From positions 1 to 55,649 of the forward strand of contig JAHBMJ010000134.1 in the NCBI GenBank assembly GCA_018398765.1: a DNA stretch of 55,649 nt. The letters run 5' to 3'. Made by a program: the position numbers and the translations under genes. The notes under the pieces are model-generated. The model was not told the origin of the DNA and did not search any database. It saw only the letters and a list, made by a program, of their open reading frames with translations. This document shows positions 38,990 through 48,500 of this stretch, one piece after another; position 1 is the first letter of the stretch; every line of letters starts with the position of its first letter. Origin of the DNA: Chromera velia (taxonomy: Eukaryota).

Positions 38990-40186
38990 GAGAGAGAGAG
39001 AGAGAGACGCCTGCAGTAAAAGAAGAAACAGGAGGAAAGGCACACACAAAAAAAGAACGTACCACCAGAAAACCTCGAGAGTGAAATACCAAAGAGCTAC
39101 ACTGAATGAATGCTGCAGGGGATCGGAACGGTTGCATGCCAGTGGGAGCAGCAAAGCATGATCCCGTGTTCACAATACGTACAGCTGGGCACACATTCAT
39201 ACGGATAGGATCTAAGGACATTTATTCAAATCAATCGCATTCAGACCGACCTTTGTGCTCATCTCGACTTCTTTGAGGGCCAGGATACAGGCAGTCACCA
39301 GAGGCCCCCTTCCCGCTCCCACAACGATCAAGACCAGAGGCCCTTCCTCTCCCGTCCTCTCCAACACCTTCGCTTTCAGAGTCAACTTGACGGCCACTTT
39401 GTACCGCTCATACTTGACGTAGTCCATCTCGAAGACGGAGTACACGCCAGACTCGAGGTTGTCCTGCAAGGAGGAAAGGAACAGAAAACAAAAAGAATGT
39501 ACGGAAAACGCGAGGAAAATTGACATCAACCGACAAGCTCGAACGCCCGCACACGCGCATGCACTTTTTCTCTCTCACGCACACAGACTACATCGTTTCT
39601 TCTTTTGCTTTTTCTCTTTTTTCATTCTCTTCTTTTTTTTCTTTTTTCTTGTGGCGCGCTCTCAGTGGAAGGGTACCAGAGCTCCGGGCCTTGAGCGTAC
39701 CCTGCTTGCCCAGTGCAGAGACAGATAGACAGACAGACAAAGACACAGAAAGAGAGAAACAGACAGACTATATGTTTCTTCTTCTCCCTTCTTTTCTTCA
39801 TGGACACAATAGACAAAAGAAAGAAAGCAACAAAGACAAAGGAACATCACGACAACTCAGACAAAGTGGGCAGGGGGCCCGAAAGGTGAGAGTTAAGCGC
39901 CCCTTGCCTCTCCACCTCCCGACAGACTTTCACGTGATCACTGGTTTCACACGCTACTCCTCTGCTGCTTCCACTCAAGACAAGAAAGAGAAGAAAAGAA
40001 AACAAGGCAAGAAAAACCAACAAAAATTAAAAATGACAACAAAACGAAAAAAGAAAACTGCACGTGGGGACCGGCACCGTCATGTTCTTTAGACAGAGGT
40101 GGGGGGGTGGGGGGGCGTCCCTGACACAGACAGACAGACAGACAGACAAAGAAAGACACAGAAAGAGAGAAACAAACAGGCAAGCA

Positions 40187-40227
<41 letters not shown>

Positions 40228-41592
40228 GCACACGCGTGCGCGCGCACACACATGCAGAGAGAGCGCGGGCGCGGAGAGGGGCGAAAGGGAAAGGAGGAGG
40301 ACATGCATACAGACGTGACAGGCAGGTTCTCGCAGGAAAACCGAACACAGCTTCTTGCAATGGTGGTGTGCGAAGGAAAGAACAACCGGACGGCCATTTC
40401 AGATCGGTGTGAGTGTTCAAAGAAGGCCGAGGAGTCTGGAAGAAAAACCCACCGCCAGAGGTTGGAGGGGGGGCTGCAGGCAGTTCTGGTCCCTGTGCCC
40501 AGCCCTCTCGACCAAGTCGAGTTTCTTGATCTCGTTCCACAGCTTCTGGATACAATATCTGTACCTCTCAAAGTTCCGGACGTCTTTGTCTTGTGCTACG
40601 TCAATTTGCAAAAGCAATATTGCTTTTTGCCGCAAGAAGCGGTGCACAACCTGGGTGTGACGGTCCGGAAGTTGGGGGCACCCGTGGGAGTTTTCAAAGA
40701 AACAATCAGATGGAATGATCACTGCGGTGACTTGCTCTGACCACCACCGATCAATATAGGGGAATGCAGGAAGCTCTTTGGTCATCACCAACGCAACGGA
40801 CAAATTCTGCAGGTCACCGCACTTGTCTTTCATGCTGTTGTAAACATTCCACCCGTCACACGTGTCCTCACTGGTGCGCCCCTGCTCGAGAACGCGGCGC
40901 CGTTCTGTCTCGTTGTCTTCGTCAGAAAGGTTCGAAAAAGAGGCCAATGCAGCCGCAGCACCGTTCGCGGGGGCCGGCACATCTTCCATGGGGTGCCTCG
41001 ATTCGGCTGCTGATGCTGCTGTTGGTGCTGGGGAGGGGGGGGGGCTTGCCGCTGGGACTTGCGGATCAAGGCCGCCGTCAAAGTGTTGGGGGTCCATGGT
41101 GAAGGGGATGCGGAGCCAGACTCTGCACTGCTGGGCGGACTGGGTGCTCAGCACCCCGTGAAGGGCATCTGCGTAGCGTTTACAGTCAACGCTGTCGGGG
41201 GTCGGCAGAATGCATGTATACATTCCCCAAAACGCTGCCAAGTCTATCTCCTCTCGGAGGGCGTCAGCGCTGTAATTCTTGAACTCTTCGGACACCCTGT
41301 CGGAGTCTGTTGAAATCCAGGAGGACACAACACCGACACCGGAACCCGCCCTATCCTTTAGGTCCACATAATTAGTAGAGGCTGCCAAGTCATATTCGCT
41401 TGGCAGGTCCTTCCCATCCTGCTCCAGGCAGGGAGGGAGCTTTGTCAAGGGAAAGGCCACAAAGTCCAACTGTTCCTCATCGATGTGTTTTTGCAGGTCC
41501 TCGGGCTCATTGAACCTGTCGATCTGTCTTCCGAGAAAGCAGATGTCGAGCTCTTGCTTGTTATCATCTGCATCAAATTTTTGGATCGGCAT
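37293..41592 (-). CDS. PRMT5: Protein arginine N-methyltransferase 5, 5 exons, 714 aa predicted
   Basis: Exons 41592-40453, 39463-39251, 38738-38421, 38063-37723, 37425-37293 (2145 nt, phases consistent). Motifs: LQPPLQPLADNLES, VVGAGRGPLV, EKNPNA, SELLGSFGDNELSPECLDG, SWWPIFFP, VWYEW, HNEGGR. Confidence 0.95.
38820..39007. repeat. (CT)n/(CA)n/(GA)n microsatellite in a PRMT5 intron
   Basis: Dinucleotide runs read directly. Confidence 0.9.
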
Positions 41593-42577
41593 TGCTTGTG
41601 CAATCCGCAAACAACTACGAAAAACCTCAAACCAGCAGAAGGTCCATAGGAGGAGACGCGAATGACGGTGGGCAGTTGATGAGTCGACAGGCAAATTCAG
41701 AGACTTTTCACATGAAGGTGGTCAGCGATTAAGGGAAAGAACTTCAGATCTCAAAGTCCCTTGAACACGGTCCATACCCTTGTCTTTGCAGAGTTGAAAA
41801 TACTTGAAAGACGTTGAACAGATTTTCCCAGTGCTGCTGAAAATTTCGGAGGCCTGATGAGGCCTTAAAGGTGAGTGAGAGACCTTGGCGAGGTTTTTCT
41901 TCCTTCGTTCTGTCGAAACTGCTCCGATCGTTGGCATTTTGAAGAGACGCGGTGAGGGACCACTGAGGGTCCGGCCCGGTCCGCGGCAAATTCATGCAGA
42001 GGCCCCAGTCAGGACTAGTCAGGACGTCAGCTATAGGACCATATGGCCTCGCTAAGTCTGCGCACCGCGCGGCCGCGCGGCCCTCGGCGCCCTCGAGCGC
42101 CCCGCGCCGCCCGCGCGGCATGCTTAATTCGGGGCCATTATAGGATACACTGGGCCAGAGCGAGAAAGCATGACTGGAGGCGGAGAGGGAGATTTGGTTC
42201 TGGCCTTGGAAGTCGAAGACTGCCTGGCGCTGCACCCTCCTCTTAGAAACAAATCTTCTTAGAGCTAGAGGAGGTTGACAATGTGCTGACTAAATTGATC
42301 CATTCTTCTTCTCGGTCATTGATGCAGCGTACAGCTACATGCTTGGTAGAAGTTCTTCTCCTCCTAGCATGAGTCGGTTTTCCACCTTGGCCTCTTTTTC
42401 CTCATTAACTAGTACTGTATGCCAGAGGTTTTTTATCCAGGACCACTCTAGGGAGTGGGCCAATCGACTGTATGCATGATCAGATACGTAGCGTGCAGCG
42501 GGTAATACCGAGCAGTTGCGTGATACATGTGTATGGGGTGGAGGTACTACCCAGATGGGCAGATGCTCCCATACCTC

Positions 42578-42649
42578 CCCTTAATACCTAGTACCTAATA
42601 CCTAATAGGTATTAGGTATTAACACCTAATAGGTATTAGGTATTAAGGG
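42578..42649. repeat. 72-bp quasi-palindrome built from TACCTAA/TTAGGTA heptamers
   Basis: Begins CCCTTAATACCTA and ends TAGGTATTAAGGG, with internal inverted heptamer copies. Confidence 0.8.
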
Positions 42650-43190
42650 CCATGCAATTTCGGGCCCTGGCGGCGCCGCGGCCCTGGCAGCCCTATATAG
42701 AGGCGCCGTATTAATTCATGCATGGCTCGGCCGGCGCCGGGCGCCGAGTTATGGCGCCGAGCCAGGCTCTGCGCATGCAGCACGTACTGCGCTTCGATCA
42801 ACGGCGGAGACGGCGTGGAGAGACGGAATCGGAATAGCTACCGGATTGCTTTGTGAAACAATTCATGCTTTCCAGGATATCAGAAAAGTGCCTGCCAGCA
42901 GAAAAAAGTCAGCCGTCGAGCCTCTAATTGCTCCGAGGCAGCAGTCCAGATCAGCCAAGATTGATCGTTTCCGGGATGACGAAAGCAGACACCAGTCCAT
43001 CAGTTCATGACGTGACACCCTCCCGTTTCTCACTCTCGAAATCCGGTGGACGGTTCCAGTCAGATGTGCAGATCGGACGCGTCTATACGTGGTGATCTTT
43101 CTATACTGTTGACCCGTCCTGTTGCCGACATTTTTGAGCTGTGCTGTTTCCATTTTTTCCCGTATCCATACTGGTGCCTGATCTGTGAGA

Positions 43191-45579
43191 ATGGACTCCG
43201 AAAAGATGGAAGAGGAGGTGCTCACCTATCTGAGAAGGCAGACCTCTTCTCAGACGCAGCTTGACTGTGCCTTGAGAAAGCTTCAAGAATTGCAAATCTT
43301 CACGTCTGCAGACCTTGCTTGTCACTCCACAATTGTCTCGAACATTTTGCGCTGCTCGGTAGATGATGCCTTCGCTGGCTCTGCGCCAAATGGCTGCTAT
43401 GCAGCTCCAGAAGTGCACGCCGAGTCAGTCACCCACATTCCCACGGCCTTGAGCTCTGGAGGCCAGCAGGAGGGAGTGGCGACTCGTTTTTGTTCTCCTC
43501 TGCCCTCCAGAGGTCAGGCCGAAGGAGAGAACACCCGCGTTCCCACCCCTACTGACTCAGGTCACGGCAACCGTCTCCCCACACATCAGCCAAGAAGCCA
43601 TGTAGAAGCTGCCGCTGCTCTTGTTACTTCGGCAGGCCAGTTCGCTGAAGTGCTCTCCTCTCTCCCGCCCCACGCCGCTGCCGGGGCGCTGCTGGTCCAT
43701 TCCGGACCCGGGTTCTGTGACGTTCTTCTGCCTCTTGAGAGACGCGATAGGAGCATCCGTCCCCTCGTTCACGTTTTTGGAGGGAGGGTGGAGACGGTCG
43801 TTCAGAAGGGGAAGGGGACAGTGCCTGAGTCTGCTGCCACCACTGCATCCCGGGAGTTGGTGGAAGAACTCGGGTGGGACAGACACCTCCCTTCTCACGC
43901 TTCCCACAGTGAATTTGTGACAAGCATCCTCGGACTGCCGTCTGCCAAGAGCCTCCGCAAGCCTTTCGAGACTGCATTCCAGAAACTTCCTCGACTGATG
44001 GTCATTTTTCAGGAAGACGGGCGGTACGTGCTCTTCGTCCTGAACATCTCCCAGGTGAGTGCATCTCTCCAACAATCCATCATCAGCGCTCCCGCAACGC
44101 ACAGGCGCTCGATCGAGGTGGAGGCCCTCGCGTGGGTGCCTGTGGCTTCTCTCCTTGAAGCAGAGAGAGGACGTCGCACCAACCTCGTGGTAGAGAGCAG
44201 ACCGAGCTGGAGTCTCTCGACGCCCTCTGTCTTTGAGATGTCTGCCTTTCTCCAGAAACTGTTGCAGAACACTGCAGTGACAGCAGCCCTCGAAAGCCAT
44301 ACCGGCAGAGTCCATCGTCCCCCTTCAAGTGCGACTGCTGCATCGGTGAGTCCCTTTTTAATTTTCTCCTGCTCCTTTTTCATTCCGCCCTTCTTTGTGA
44401 CTTCCCTCCCGCTCCTTTTCCTCTTCGTCCTCCTCTTTTCTGCTGTCACTGTCATTTCTCTGAAATCTGCTTCTGCTTCCCTGTCAAGCACGAAGCCGAC
44501 CATGTATGCACCCAGTGAAATTCCTTCCACCCTTCTTCTCGACCAACGTCCCCTGCAGAGCCACGTGGCCGCTATGGGGGCAGGAGCAGAACCCCAACAG
44601 AGAGGCCATCCCCGAGTTCCTCCCCTCTCTCTGCCCTCCAACACAAACGTTACGCGGGGAGCAGAGCCTGCAGACAGCGCACTGACCTCAAGGACGCTGA
44701 CCGCTCAGGACACCGAGAGAATGCTCACTCAGCTGCCTCTCCGCATTCCCACTGCAGGAGCACCCACCCAAGAGGTGGAGGAGCCTGAGGGGAAAATGTT
44801 CATCGCCGCCGTCGTTGTCAGGTGCGCCCTCCCCTCCAGAGGCGCGAGTGCCTCCTCGTCTGCTGACTCCTCGAGTGTGCATCGCTCCTTCTCACCCCCC
44901 GAGGTCGAGGTCCTCGTCCGCGTGGCACCCCCTCCCGATGCCTCCCATGACGGCAGCGGGCTTCCCGACCGCGTGACTCCTGTGCTGAGTGTGATGCACA
45001 GCGTGTTAGACACCGAGAGCCGCCCCTGCGACGACGTCCTTCAGGCAGCCGCGGTGGGCCATGTGGATGACGTCCTGCAACAGCACGGGGTGGGGGTGGG
45101 GTCTGAGGATGTGGTGACTGCCAGCTTTCCTGTGAAGGATCGCCGGCAGGGCCTGTTTGCTGTCGTGCAAGTGTACCCCTTCTCTCCGGGAAGTGCTGGC
45201 CCTGGTCTGCAGGACAACTCGGGGCTTGTGTGGGTGCCCCTGGAGGCCCTCTGCGCAGTCGCACACGACGAAATCAAGGGCTTGCGCCTTCCCACTTCAC
45301 AGCTACACCCCTCTGTGAGACGGCAGCAGAGCGGTGAGGGAGGGGGGCGGGTCGTGTGCCGTCCTGACTTTCTTGCCCGCAAAGTGTTCGGAATGGGAGC
45401 GGTGGGTTCACGTGTGGTGGAGTTTGCGTATTTCGGGCTGGAGAGTTTCTTCGCCCAGCAGGCCGAAGCAGAGCTCCGTCGCCTCGAAGCCCTGCGAGGT
45501 GACTCCCTGATTCGTGAGCTTGTGGGAGACCCCCGACAGCTCTGGCTAAAGCTCCAGGCTCCCCCCCCTCCCCCCCCCC
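43191..45579 (+). CDS. Nudix hydrolase domain-containing segment
   Basis: FGGRVE(insert)PESAATTASRELVEELG at about 43776-43874 matches the Nudix box; downstream EVEALAWVPVASLL is a typical Nudix strand. Confidence 0.8.
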
Positions 45580-48500
45580 NNNNNNNNNNNNNNNNNNNNN
45601 NNNNNNNNNNNNNNNNNNNNNNNNNNNNNNNNNNNNNNNNNNNNNNNNNNNNNNNNNNNNNNNNNNNNNNNNNNNNNNNNNNNNNNNNNNNNNNNNNNNN
45701 NNNNNNNNNNNNNNNNNNNNNNNNNNNNNNNNNNNNNNNNNNNNNNNNNNNNNNNNNNNNNNNNNNNNNNNNNNNNNNNNNNNNNNNNNNNNNNNNNNNN
45801 NNNNNNNNNNNNNNNNNNNNNNNNNNNNNNNNNNNNNNNNNNNNNNNNNNNNNNNNNNNNNNNNNNNNNNNNNNNNNNNNNNNNNNNNNNNNNNNNNNNN
45901 NNNCCCCCCTGCAGTTGCTCCCATGACCTCTGCATCGGACCCTGACTGGTCAGAGTTCCAGAGACACAAGAACAAACTCCCAAATCCAGCTGCCGTAGTT
46001 GGGGGGTGGAAAGTGCGAGTGGCTAGTCAGGAAAAAAAGGTACAAGGAGGCGGAGAGGAAGGCACAGGGCGACAGTTCTGCCAAGCAGCTGGAGGTCTAC
46101 CACGGGACTCCAGACACTTGGCGTGCCCAGAACATTGCCTATAGTGGGTTCAACACCGGCATCGCCCTGCATGGACGCAGCATGGGTGACGGCGTGTACA
46201 CAGCCCTCAGTCCCGCAGTTCCGTCTCAGTTTCAGAAGGGGAAGGGGTCGATTCTCGCATGTCGTGCCTTGTGGAAGCAGGGGGACGCAAAGAATGGGGA
46301 GGTTCGAGTATTCAGACAGGGGGAGAGAGTTCTTCCGAGATTCATCTTTGACTTCGCTGCACTGGACGCACAGGGGCGGCAGGTACGCGCGTGCCCCCTT
46401 CTTCCTTCCTGCCCTTTTTTTGTTTTGTTTTGTTTGACGTTTCACGTCTTGCACTTTTGTCGGGTTGCATGCCTGTCTGCCTAGCTGTTTCACTGTCTGC
46501 TGATATCCATCTGTTTGTTATCTATCTGTTTGTTCCAGTGTGTGTTGATCGTTGGTTCCTTCTTTCAAATGTTGTCTAAGCGTCTGCCTGTCTATGTGCT
46601 TGCTTAGTTGTCTTCTTGGTTTTGCCCTCCCCTTCATCTGCCTGTCTCCTGTTATTGCTGTCTGGTTGTTCGGTTGGTCGCTTTTGCGTGGTCCACTCTC
46701 AAGGAGTGTCTCCTCACTGTCTACCAGATCGACGCGAATCCATGAGACAGGAAGGACTGGTTGCTCCTTCGATGGTACTTCCTGGCTGTTGTTGTCGTCA
46801 ATGCCCTAGCTCTCTTTGTTGTCTCAAGCCTATTTCTGAAGACAGGGGCAAATATCTCCGTTCGAGACAACCCATGGAACGAATCTTTGCTCCCTTCTCC
46901 TTCCTTCAATTTTCGTTGCGTGCAGGTCCGCTCGAGTGCTGGCGAGACGGAGGAGGAGAAGCGGAAGATGATGGAGGAGATGGTGCGCAGGCATGAGCGC
47001 CTGAAGCAGCTTGCCGCAGCCGCAGAGAGGGACGGCAAGCAGAAGCTCCTCAGTTACTGTCAGAAAAACGTGCAGACCGCACGACAGTGTCTGAACGACC
47101 TGAAGAGGGAGACCGATGGATGCCGAGACGATCTGGCAGCCTCCCGACGCAGGCTGTGCCTCCGGGCAGCTCAAGAGATCTATGAGCTTGCAGCGATGCT
47201 GCCAATTTATTCAATGAAGAGGCAGATCGTTGACATTCTCAAGCAGAGCACCGTAGTGGTTCTCTCCGCACCGACAGGCAGTGGCAAAAGCACCACTGTG
47301 CCGCAGTGGATGCTAGACCATGTCCTCCCTCTCCCATGCAGGCGAGCTCCTGAGTCTGAGTCTCAAGTCTCCGCCCTCACACCAGGCAGCCAATCAGATC
47401 CCTCTGATCCCCCTCCGCCCCTCTCCCTTCCCTCCATGCCCCACCGCAAGCTCGCAGTGCTACAGCCGAGGCGCGTGAATGCCAAGTCTCTGGCCCAGAG
47501 AGTAGCGCAGCAGCGTAACGCGAAAGTCGGTCTGGGGTCCCAGATTGGGTACCGTCTCGGTTTTGGAGACGCGATGTCCACTGCCGGGCAGACCGAGCTA
47601 GAGTACATGACACATGGCGTCTTCATCCGCATCGCACGAGATCCCGTCACCTTCTTCCGCAACTACTGGGGGGTGATTGTGGACGAGGCCCACGATGAGA
47701 GCACAGACCTCGAGGAAGCTCTTGCTCTTGTCCGCAGGCTTTTGTGGTTTGCGCGAGACTCCTCGTTTGCAGCAGAGGCCACCAGGCAGCCTCCCGAAGA
47801 GGCTGCTGTTGGAAGAGAGGAGGGGGGGTTGGGGGAAGGGGACTCTGCAGTGGCAGAGAGGGAGAGAGAGAGGGATCGTCGGAGAATGGAGGAGTGGGAG
47901 AGGCAGTTGGAAATTGCGAAAAAGAATTTCAAAGTAGTGGTCATGAGCGCAACTATTAGCTCCCAGGGGATGCATCGGCTCCGAGATTTCCTTCTCCAGG
48001 GTCTCCCGTCTTCCGAACTCCGCAATGACCCCCAATTTTCTCAGATTGTTCAGTGTGGAGAGACAGGTCCCAATCCTGTCTCCCACTGTTTCCCCGTGCT
48101 TGATGAATACAGGGACGAGTGCGATCCCGGCCTCGGGCCGAACGACCACGTGAATTTCCAGACAGCCGCGGGGCTTGCAGACATGGGTATGGAGATCGCG
48201 ATTGAAATGCTGCAGAAGCCGAGCGAGAAGGGGCACATTCTCGTCTTCCTGCCGTCCGAATCCCTTGTTCGTCGCTCTGTTCTGACGGCGAGACGGGGGC
48301 TCAACTACAAGCCTCCTCCTGGTCAAGGGGGAGGTTTTCTCTTCCGATTCGGTCGCCTTGCGCGTGCCGTCAGGCGATTGGTAAAGCGGGGGGGGGAGGA
48401 GAATGATGAGGAGGGTGGTGAGGAGGACTCGTCTTTTGCAGTCGACCTAGGCTCAAGGGGGTTCGAGGGGAAGCTTGAGGGGGCTGGGGGGAACAGTGTG

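Noticed and set aside
46761..46925. Signal-peptide-like start of the 1269-aa ORF (MLLRWYFLAVVVV)
   Set aside because: Falls inside the predicted intron 46383-46925 and uses a non-ATG start.
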